NCBI GenBank assembly: GCA_053919585.1
Contig: JBSSHM010000055.1
DNA: 64,000 nt
Source: Euprymna scolopes
Lineage: Eukaryota
Strand: one strand, 5' to 3'
Both the position numbers and the translations under genes were made by a program. Each line of letters begins with the position of its first letter. Within the stretch, counting starts at the first letter, position 1. The notes under the pieces are model-generated. The model saw only the letters and a list, made by a program, of their open reading frames with translations, did not search any database and was not told the DNA's origin. Below are positions 1-12,300 of the stretch, in pieces.

Positions 1-959
1 ATAGTCAGATTATGTATTGATATCGTTTTTGTATTATTCCGTTGAATAGTGAATAGTCAGATTATGTATTGATATCGTTTTTTATTATTCCTTTGAATGG
101 TGAATAGTCCGATTATGTATTGATATCGTTTTTGTATTATTCCGTTGAATAGTGAATAGTCAGATTATGTATTGATATCGTTGTTGTATTATTCTGTTGA
201 ATAGTGAATAGTCAGATTATGTATTGATATCGTTTTTGTATTATTCCTTTGAATGGTGAATAGTCCGATTATGTATTGATATCATTGTTGTATTATTCTG
301 TTGAATAGTGAATAGTCAGATTATGTATTGATATCGTTTTTGTATTATTCCGTCGAATAGTGAATAGTCAGATTATGTATTGATATCGTTTTTGTATTAT
401 TCTGTTGAATAGTGAATAGTCAGATTATGTATTAATATCGTTTTTGTATTGTTCTGTTGAATAGTGAATAGTCAGATTATATATTGATATCGTTTTTTTA
501 TTATTCCGTTGAATAGTGAATAGTCAGATTATGTATTGATATCGTTTTTGTATTAGTCTGTTGAATAGTGAATAGTCAGATTATGTATTGATATCGTTTT
601 TGAATTTTTCCGTTGAATAGTGAATAGTCAGATTATGTATTGATATCGTTTTTGTATTTTTCCGTTGAATAGTGAATAGTCAGATTATGTATTGATATCG
701 TTTTTTTATTATTCCGTTGAATAGTGAATAGTCAGATTATGTATTGATATCGTTTTTGTATTATTCTGTTGAATAGTGAATAGTCAGATTATGTATTGAT
801 ATCGTTTTTGTATTATTCTGTTGAATAGTGAATAGTCAGATTATGTATTGATATCGTTTTTGTATTATTCTGTTGAATAGTGAATAGTCAGATTATGTAT
901 TGATATCGTTTTTTATTATTCCTTTGAATGGTGAATAGTCCGATTATGTATTGATATCA

Positions 960-3360
960 TTGTTGTATTATTCCGTTGAATAGTGAATAGTCAGATTATG
1001 TATTGATATCATTGTTGTATTATTCTGTTGAATAGTGAATAGTCAGATTATGTATTGATATCGTTTTTGTATTATTCTGTTGAATAGTGAATAGTCAGAT
1101 TATGTATTGATATCGTTTTTGTATTTTTCCGTTGAATAGTGAATAGTCAGATTATGTATTGATATCGTTTTTTTATTATTCCGTTGAATAGTGAATAGTC
1201 AGATTATGTATTGATATCATTGTTGTATTATTCCGTTGAATAGTGAATAGTCAGATTATGTATTGATATCGCTTTTGTATTATTCCGTTGAATAGTTAAT
1301 ATTCAGATTATGTATTGATATCATTTTTGTATTATTCCGTTGAATAGTGAATAGTCAGATTATGTATTGATATCGCTTTTGTATTATTCCGTTGAATAGT
1401 TAATATTCAGATTATGTATTGATATCATTTTTGTATTATTCCGTTGAATAGTGAATAGTCAGATTATGTATTGATATCGCTTTTGTATTATTCCGTTGAA
1501 TAGTTAATATTCAGATTATGTATTGATATCGTTTTTGTATTATTCTGTTGAATAGTGAATAGTCAGATTATGTATTGATATCGCTTTTGTATTATTCCGT
1601 TGAATAGTTAATATTCAGATTATGTATTGATATCATTTTTGTATTATTCCGTTGAATAGTGAATAGTCAGATTATGTATTGATATCGTTTTTGTATTATT
1701 CCGTCGAATAGTGAATAGTCAGATTATATATTGATATCGTTTTTTTATTATTCCGTTGAATAGTGAATAGTCTGATTATGTATTGATATCGTTTTTGTAT
1801 TATTTCGTTGAATAGTGAATAGTCAGATTATGTATTGATATCGTTTTTGTATTATTCCGTCGAATAGTGAATAGTCAGATTATATATTGATATCGTTTTT
1901 TTATTATTCCGTTGAATAGTGAATAGTCAGATTATATATTGATATCGTTTTTGTATTATTCCGTCGAATAGTGAATAGTCAGATTATATATTGATATCGT
2001 TTTTTTATTATTCCGTTGAATAGTGAATAGTCTGATTATGTATTGATATCGCTTTTGTATTATTCCGTTGAATAGTGAATAGTCAGATTATGTATTGATA
2101 TCGTTTTTGTATTATTCCGTCGAATAGTGAATAGTCAGATTATATATTGATATCGTTTTTTTATTATTCCGTTGAATAGTGAATAGTCTGATTATGTATT
2201 GATATCGTTTTTGTATTATTTCGTTGAATAGTGAATAGTCAGATTATGTATTGATATCGTTTTTGTATTTTTCCGTTGAATAGTGAATAGTCAGATTATG
2301 TATTGATATCATTGTTGTATTATTCTGTTGAATAGTGAATAGTCAGATTATGTATTGATATCGTTTTTGTATTATTCTGTTGAATAGTGAATAGTCAGAT
2401 TATGTATTGATATCGTTTTTGTATTTTTCCGTTGAATAGTGAATAGTCAGATTATGTATTGATATCGTTTTTTTATTATTCCGTTGAATAGTGAATAGTC
2501 AGATTATGTATTGATATCATTGTTGTATTATTCCGTTGAATAGTGAATAGTCAGATTATGTATTGATATCGCTTTTGTATTATTCCGTTGAATAGTTAAT
2601 ATTCAGATTATGTATTGATATCATTTTTGTATTATTCCGTTGAATAGTGAATAGTCAGATTATGTATTGATATCGCTTTTGTATTATTCCGTTGAATAGT
2701 TAATATTCAGATTATGTATTGATATCATTTTTGTATTATTCCGTTGAATAGTGAATAGTCAGATTATGTATTGATATGCATTTTGTATTATTCCGTTGAA
2801 TAGTTAATATTCAGATTATGTATTGATATCGTTTTTGTATTATTCTGTTGAATAGTGAATAGTCAGATTATGTATTGATATCGCTTTTGTATTATTCCGT
2901 TGAATAGTTAATATTCAGATTATGTATTGATATCATTTTTGTATTATTCCGTTGAATGGTGAATAGTCAGATTATGTATTGATATCGCTTTTGTATTATT
3001 CCGTTGAATAGTTAATATTCAGATTATGTATTGATATCATTTTTGTATTATTCCGTTGAATAGTGAATAGTCAGATTATGTATTGATATCGCTTTTGTAT
3101 TATTCCGTTGAATAGTGAATAGTCAGATTATGTATTGATATCGTTTTTGTATTATTCCGTCGAATAGTGAATAGTCAGATTATATATTGATATCGTTTTT
3201 TTATTATTCCGTTGAATAGTGAATAGTCTGATTATGTATTGATATCGTTTTTGTATTATTTCGTTGAATAGTGAATAGTCAGATTATGTATTGATATCGT
3301 TTTTGTATTTTTCCGTTGAATAGTGAATAGTCAGATTATGTATTGATATCGTTTTTTTAT
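960..3360. repeat. About 25-monomer tandem duplication containing 104-bp dimer runs
   Basis: The gcttttg variant is at 1271, 1375, 1479, 1583 and again at 2571, 2675, 2883, 2987, 3091. Within-run spacing is 104 bp and the run offset is 1,300 = 25x52. It is linked to the ttaatattcag variant. Confidence 0.85.
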
Positions 3361-6300
3361 TATTCCGTTGAATAGTGAATAGTCCGATTATGTATTGATA
3401 TCATTGTTGTATTATTCTGTTGAATAGTGAATAGTCAGATTATGTATTGATATCGTTTTTGTATTTTTCCGTTGAATAGTGAATAGTCAGATTATGTATT
3501 GATATCGTTTTTTTATTATTCCGTTGAATAGTGAATAGTCAGATTATGTATTGATATCGTTTTTTTATTATTCCTTTGAATGGTGAATAGTCCGATTATG
3601 TATTGATATCGTTTTTGTATTATTCTGTTGAATAGTGAATAGTCAGATTATGTATTGATATCGTTTTTGTATTATTCCGTTGAATAGTGAATAGTCAGAT
3701 TATGTATTGATATCGTTTTTTATTATTCCTTTGAATGGTGAATAGTCCGATTATGTATTGATATCGTTGTTGTATTATTCTGTTGAATAGTGAATAGTCA
3801 GATTATGTATTGATATCGTTTTTGTATCATTCCTTTGAATGGTGAATAGTCCGATTATGTATTGATATCATTGTTGTATTATTCTGTTGAATAGTGAATA
3901 GTCAGATTATGTATTGATATCGTTTTTGTATTATTCCGTCGAATAGTGAATAGTCAGATTATATATTGATATCGTTTTTTTATTATTCCGTTGAATAGTG
4001 AATAGTCAGATTATGTATTGATATCGTTTTTGTATTATTTCGTTGAATAGTGAATAGTCAGATTATGTATTGATATCGTTTTTGTATTAGTCTGTTGAAT
4101 AGTGAATAGTCAGATTATGTATTGATATCGTTTTTGAATTTTTCCGTTGAATAGTGAATAGTCAGATTATGTATTGATATCGTTTTTGTATTTTTCCGTT
4201 GAATAGTGAATAGTCAGATTATGTATTGATATCGTTTTTTTATTATTCCGTTGAATAGTGAATAGTCAGATTATGTATTGATATCGTTTTTGTATTATTC
4301 TGTTGAATAGTGAATAGTCAGATTATGTATTGATATCGTTTTTGTATTATTCTGTTGAATAGTGAATAGTCAGATTATGTATTGATATCGTTTTTGTATT
4401 ATTCCGTTGAATAGTGAATAGTCAGATTATGTATTGATATCGTTTTTTATTATTCCTTTGAATGGTGAATAGTCCGATTATGTATTGATATCATTGTTGT
4501 ATTATTCTGTTGAATTGTGAATAGTCAGATTATGTATTGATATCGTTTTTTTATTATTCCGTTGAATAGTGAATAGTCAGATTATGTATTGATATCGTTT
4601 TTGTATTAGTCTGTTGAATAGTGAATAGTCAGATTATGTATTGATATCGTTTTTGTATTTTTCCGTTGAATAGTGAATAGTCAGATTATGTATTGATATC
4701 GTTTTTTTATTATTCCGTTGAATAGTGAATAGTCAGATTATATATTGATATCGTTTTTTTATTATTCCGTTGAATAGTGAATAGTCAGATTATGTATTGA
4801 TATCGTTTTTGTATTATTCTGTTGAATAGTGAATAGTCAGATTATGTATTGATATCGTTTTTGTATTTTTCCGTTGAATAGTGAATAGTCAGATTATGTA
4901 TTGATATCGTTTTTGTATTTTTCCGTTGAATAGTGAATAGTCAGATTATGTACTGATATCGTTTTTTTATTATTCCGTTGAATAGTGAATAGTCAGATTA
5001 TGTATTGATATCGTTTTTTTATTATTCTGTTGAATAGTTAATAGTCAGATTATGTATTGATATCGTTTTTGTATTATTCTGTTGAATAGTGAATAGTCAG
5101 ATTATGTATTGATATCGTTTTTGTATTATTCCGTTGAATAGTGAATAGTCAGATTATATATTGATATCGTTTTTTTATTATTCCGTTGAATAGTGAATAG
5201 TCAGATTATGTATTGATATCGTTTTTGTATTAGTCTGTTGAATAGTGAATAGTCAGATTATGTATTGATATCGTTTTTGAATTTTTCCGTTGAATAGTGA
5301 ATAGTCAGATTATGTATTGATATCGTTTTTGTATTTTTCCGTTGACTAGTGAATAGTCAGATTATGTATTGATATCGTTTTTTTATTATTCCGTTGAATA
5401 GTGAATAGTCAGATTATGTATTGATATCGTTTTTGTATTATTCTGTTGAATAGTGAATAGTCAGATTATGTATTGATATCGTTTTTGTATTATTCTGTTG
5501 AATAGTGAATAGTCAGATTATGTATTGATATCGTTTTTGTATTATTCCGTTGAATAGTGAATAGTCAGATTATGTATTGATATCGTTTTTTATTATTCCT
5601 TTGAATGGTGAATAGTCCGATTATGTATTGATATCATTGTTGTATTATTCTGTTGAATAGTGAATAGTCAGATTATGTATTGATATCGTTTTTGTATTTT
5701 TCCGTTGAATAGTGAATAGTCAGATTATGTATTGATATCGTTTTTTTATTATTCCGTTGAATAGTGAATAGTCAGATTATGTATTGATATCGTTTTTGTA
5801 TTTTTCCGTTGAATAGTGAATAGTCAGATTATGTACTGATATCGTTTTTTTATTATTCCGTTGAATAGTGAATAGTCAGATTATGTATTGATATCGTTTT
5901 TTTATTATTCTGTTGAATAGTTAATAGTCAGATTATGTATTGATATCGTTTTTGTATTATTCTGTTGAATAGTGAATAGTCAGATTATATATTGATATCG
6001 TTTTTTTATTATTCCGTTGAATAGTGAATAGTCAGATTATGTATTGATATCGTTTTTGTATTAGTCTGTTGAATAGTGAATAGTCAGATTATGTATTGAT
6101 ATCGTTTTTGAATTTTTCCGTTGAATAGTGAATAGTCAGATTATGTATTGATATCGTTTTTGTATTTTTCCGTTGAATAGTGAATAGTCAGATTATGTAT
6201 TGATATCGTTTTTTTATTATTCCGTTGAATAGTGAATAGTCAGATTATGTATTGATATCGTTTTTGTATTATTCTGTTGAATAGTGAATAGTCAGATTAT

Positions 6301-9300
6301 GTATTGATATCGTTTTTGTATTATTCTGTTGAATAGTGAATAGTCAGATTATGTATTGATATCGTTTTTGTATTATTCCGTTGAAAAGTGAATAGTCAGA
6401 TTATGTATTGATATCGTTTTTGTATTATTCTGTTGAATAGTGAATAGTCAGATTATGTATTGATATCAGTTTTGTATTATTCTGTTGAATAGTGAATAGT
6501 CAGATTATGTATTGATATCGTTTTTTTATTATTCCTTTGAATAGTGAATAGTCAGATTATGTATTGATATCGTTTTTTATTATTCCTTTGAATGGTGAAT
6601 AGTCCGATTATGTATTGATATCATTGTTGTATTATTCTGTTGAATAGTGAATAGTCAGATTATGTATTGATATCGTTTTTTTATTATTCCGTTGAATAGT
6701 GAATAGTCAGATTATGTATTGATATCGTTTTTTATTATTCCTTTGAATGGTGAATAGTCCGATTATGTATTGATATCATTGTTGTATTATTCTGTTGAAT
6801 AGTGAATAGTCAGATTATGTATTGACATCGTTTTTTTATTATTCCTTTGAATAGTGAATAGTCAGATTATGTATTGATATCGTTTTTGTATTATTCTGTT
6901 GAATAGTGAATAGTCAGATTATGTATTGATATCGTTTTTGTATTATTCTGTTGAATAGTGAATAGTCAGATTATGTATTGATATCGTTTTTGTATTATTC
7001 TGTTGAATAGTGAATAGTCAGATTATGTATTGATATCAGTTTTGTATTATTCTGTTGAATAGTGAATAGTCAGATTATGTATTGATATCGTTTTTTTATT
7101 ATTCCTTTGAATAGTGAATAGTCAGATTATGTATTGATATCGTCTTTTTATTATTCCTTTGAATAGTGAATAGTCAGATTATGTATTGATATCGTTTTTT
7201 ATTATTCTGTTGAATAGTGAATAGTCAGATTATGTATTAATATTGTTTTTGTATTTTTCCGTTGAATAGTGAATAGTCAGATTATGTACTGATATCGTTT
7301 TTTTATTATTCCGTTGAATAGTGAATAGTCAGATTATGTATTGATATCGTTTTTTATTATTCTGTTGAATAGTGAATAGTCAGATTATGTATTGATATCG
7401 TTTTTTTATTATTCTGTTGAATAGTGAATAGTCAGATTATGTATTGATATCGTTTTTGTATTATTCTGTTGAATAGTGAATAGTCAGATTATGTATTGAT
7501 ATCAGTTTTGTATTGTTCTGTTGAATAGTGAATAGTCTGATTATGTATTGATATCGTTTTTGTATTATTCTGTTGAATAGTGAATAGTCAGATTATGTAT
7601 TGATATCGTTTTTTATTATTCCGTTGAATAGTGAATAGTCAGATTATGTATTGATATCGTTTTTTATTATTCCTTTGAATGGTGAATAGTCCGATTATGT
7701 ATTGATATCATTGTTGTATTATTCTGTTGAATAGTGAATAGTCAGATTATGTATTGATATCGTTTTTGTATTTTTCCGTTGAATAGTGAATAGTCAGATT
7801 ATGTATTGATATCGTTTTTGTATAATTCCTTTGAATAGTGAATAGTCAGATTATGTATTTATATCGTTTTTGTATTATTCTGTTGAATAGTGAATAGTCA
7901 GATTATGTATTGATATCGTTTTTGTATTATTCTGTTGAATAGTGAATAGTCAGATTATGTATTGATATCGTTTTTGTATTATTCCGTTGAATAGTGAATA
8001 GTCAGATTATGTATTGATATCGTTTTTTTTTATTCCTTTGAATGGTGAATAGTCCGATTATGTATTGATATCATTGTTGTAATGTTCTGTTGAATAGTGA
8101 ATAGTCAGATTATGTATTGATATCGTTTTTGTATTATTCCGTTGAATAGTGAATAGTCAGATTATATATTGATATCGTTTTTTTATTATTCCGTTGAATA
8201 GTGAATTGTCAGATTATGTATTGATATCGTTTTTGTATTAGTCTGTTGAATAGTGAATAGTCAGATTATGTATTGATATCGTTTTTGTATTTTTCCATTG
8301 AATAGTGAATAGTCAGATTATGTATTGATATCGTTTTTTTATTATTCCGTTGAATAGTGAATAGTCAGATTATGTATTGATATCGTTTTTGTATTATTCT
8401 GTTGAATAGTGAATAGTCAGATTATGTATTGATATCGTTTTTGTATTATTCTGTTGAATAGTGAATAGTCAGATTATGTATTGATATCGTTTTTGTATTA
8501 TTCCGTTGATTAGTGAATTGTCAGATTATGTATTGATATCGTGTTTTTATTATTCCTTTGAATAGTGAATAGTCAGATTATGTATTGATATCGTTTTTTT
8601 ATTAGTCTTTTTAATAGTGAATAGTCCGATTATGTATTGATATAATTGTTGTATTATTCTGTTGAATAGTGAATAGTCAGATTATGTATTGATATCGGTT
8701 TTGTATTATTCCGTTGATTAGTGAATTGTCAGATTATGTATTGATATCGTTATTGTATTATTCCGTTGAATAGTGAATAGTCAGATTATGTATTGATATC
8801 GTTTTTTTATTAGTCTTTTTAATAGTGAATAGTCCGATTATGTATTGATATAATTGTTGTATTATTCTGTTGAATAGTGAATAGTCAGATTATGTATTGA
8901 TATCGGTTTTGTAATTTTCCGTTGAATGGTGAATAGTCAGATTATGTATTGATATCGTTTTTTTTATTATTCCGTTGAATAGTGAATAGTAAGATTATGT
9001 ATTGATATAGTTTTTGTATTATTCCGTTGAATAGTGAATAGTCAGATTATGTATTGATATTGTTTTTGTATTATTCTGTTGAATACTGAATAGTAAGATT
9101 ATGTATTGATATCGTTTTTGTATTATTCCGTTGAATAGTGAATAGTAAGATTATGTATTGATATCGTTTTTTTATTATTCCGTTGAATAGTGAATAGTAA
9201 GATTATGTATTGATATAGTTTTTTTATTATTCCGTTGAATAGTGAATAGTAAGATTATGTATTGATATCGTTTTTGTATTATTCTGTTGAATAGTGAATA

Positions 9301-12300
9301 GTCAGATTATGTATTGATATCGTTTTTGTATTATTCTGTTGAATAGTGAATAGTAAGATTATGTATTGATATCGTTTTTTTATTATTCCGTTGAATAGTT
9401 AATAGTAAGATTATGTATTGATATAGTTTTTTTATTATTCCGTTGAATAGTGAATAGTAAGATTATGTATTGATATCGTATTTGTATTATTCTGTTGAAT
9501 AGTGAATAGTCAGATTATGTATTGATATTGTTTTTGTATTATTCTGTTGAATAGTGAATAGTCAGATTATGTATTGATATCGTGTTTGTATTATTCTGTT
9601 GAATAGTGAATAGTCAGATTATGTATTGATATCGTTTTTTTATTATTCCGTTGAATAGTGAATAGTAAGATTATGTATTGATATAGTTTTTTTATTATTC
9701 CGTTGAATAGTGAATAGTCAGATCATGTATTGATATCGTTTTTGTATTATTCTGTTGAATAGTGAATAGTCAGATTATGTATTGATATCGTTTTTGTATT
9801 ATTCTGTTGAATAGTGAATAGTCAGATTATGTATTGATATCGTTTTTGTATTATTCTGTTGAATAGTGAATAGTCAGATTATGTATTGATATTGTTTTTG
9901 TATTATTCTGTTGAATAGTGAATAGTCAGATTATGTATTGATATCGTTTTTGTATTATTCTGTTGAATAGTGAATAGTCAGATTATGTATTGATATTGTT
10001 TTTGTATTATTCTGTTGAATAGTGAATAGTCAGATTATGTATTGATATCGTTTTTGTATTATTCTGTTGAATAGTGAATAGTCAGATTATGTATTGATAT
10101 CGTTTTTGTATTATTCTGTTGAATAGTGAATAGTCAGATTATGTATTGATATCGTTTTTGTATTATTCTGTTGAATAGTGAATAGTCAGATTATGTATTG
10201 ATATCGTTTTTGTATTATTCTGTTGAATAGTGAATAGTCAGATTATGTATTGATATAGTTTTTGTATTATTCTGTTGAATAGTGAATAGTCAGATTATGT
10301 ATTGATATCGTTTTTGTATTATTCTGTTGAATAGTGAATAGTCAGATTATGTATTGATATAGTTTTTGTATTATTCTGTTGAATAGTGAATAGTCAGATT
10401 ATGTATTGATATCGTTTTTGTATTATTCTGTTGAATAGTGAATAGTCAGATTATTTATGTATATCGTTTTTGTATTATTCTGTTGAATAGTGAATAGTCA
10501 GATTATGTATTGATATCGTTTTTGTATTATTCTGTTGAATAGTGAATAGTAAGATTATTTATGTATATCGTTTTTGTATTATTCTGTTGAATAGTTAATA
10601 GTCAGATTATGTATTGATATCGTTTTTGTATTATTCTGTTGAATAGTGAATAGTAAGATTATTTATGTATATCGTTTTTGTATTATTCTGTTGAATAGTG
10701 AATAGTCAGATTATGTATTGATATCGTTTTTGTATTATTCTGTTGAATAGTGAATAGTCCGATTATGTATTGATATCGTTTTTGTATTGTTCCGTTTAAT
10801 AGTGAATAGTCAGATTATGTATTGATATTGTTTTTGTATTATTCTGTTGAATAGTGAATAGTCCGATTATGTATTGATATCATTGTTGTATTATTCCGTT
10901 GAATAGTGAATAGTAAGATTATTTATGTATATCGTTTTTGTATTATTCTGTTGAATAGTGAATAGTCAGATTATGTATTGATATTGTTTTTGTATTATTC
11001 TGTTGAATAGTGAATAGTCAGATTATGTATTGATATCGTTTTTGTATTATTCCGTTGAATAGTGAATAGTCAGATTATGTATTGATATTGTTTTTGTATT
11101 ATTCTGTTGAATAGTGAATAGTCAGATAATGTATTGATATCGTTTTTGTATTATTCCGTTGAATAGTGAATAGTAAGATTATGTATTGATATCGTTTTTG
11201 TATTATTCTGTTGAATAGTGAATAGTAAGATTATTTATGTATATCGTTTTTGTATTATTCTGTTGAATAGTGAATAGTCAGATTATGTATTGATATTGTT
11301 TTTGTATTATTCTGTTGAATAGTGAATAGTCAGATTATGTATTGATATCGTTTTTGTATTATTCCGTTGAATAGTGAATAGTAAGATTATGTATTGATAT
11401 CGTTTTTGTATTATTCTGTTGAATAGTGAACAGTCAGATTATGTATTGATATCGTTTTTGTATTATTCTGTTGAATAGTGAATAGTCAGATTATGTATTG
11501 ATATCGTTTTTGTATTATTCTGTTGAATAGTGAATAGTCAGATTATGTATTGATATCGTTTTTGTATTATTCTGTTGAATAGTGAATAGTCAGATTATGT
11601 ATTGATATCGTTTTTGTATTATTCTGTTGAATAGTGAATAGTCAGATTATGTATTGATATCGTGTTTTTATTATTCTGTTGAATAGTGAATAGTCAGATT
11701 ATGTATTGATATCGTTTTTGTATTATTCCGTTGAATAGTGAATAGTCAGATTATGTATTGATATCGTTTTTGTATTATTCTGTTGAATAGTGAATAGTCA
11801 GATTATGTATTGATATCGTTTTTTTATTTTTCTGTTGAATAGTGAATAGTCAGATTATGTATTGATATCGTTTTTGTATTATTCTGTTGAATAGTGAATA
11901 GTCAGATTATGTATTGATATCGTTTTTGTATTATTCTGTTGAATAGTGAATAGTCAGATTATGTATTGATATCGTTTTTGTATTATTCTGTTGAATAGTG
12001 AATAGTCAGATTATGTATTGATATTGTTTTTGTATTATTCTGTTGAATAGTGAATAGTAAGATTATTTATGTATATCGTTTTTGTATTATTCTGTTGAAT
12101 AGTGAATAGTCAGATTATGTATTGATATCGTTTTTGTATTATTCTGTTGAATAGTGAATAGTCAGATTATGTATTGATATCGTTTTTGTATTATTCCGTT
12201 GAATAGTGAATAGTCAGATTATGTATTGATATTGTTTTTGTATTATTCTGTTGAATAGTGAATAGTCAGATTATGTATTGATATCGTTTTTGTATAATTC

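Noticed and set aside
19-24. GATATC palindrome as an operator, recombination site or hairpin
   Set aside because: It is only 6 bp (8 bp in the TGATATCA variant), has no extended inverted repeat and is often mutated. It is useful only as an EcoRV site expected to give a 52-bp ladder.
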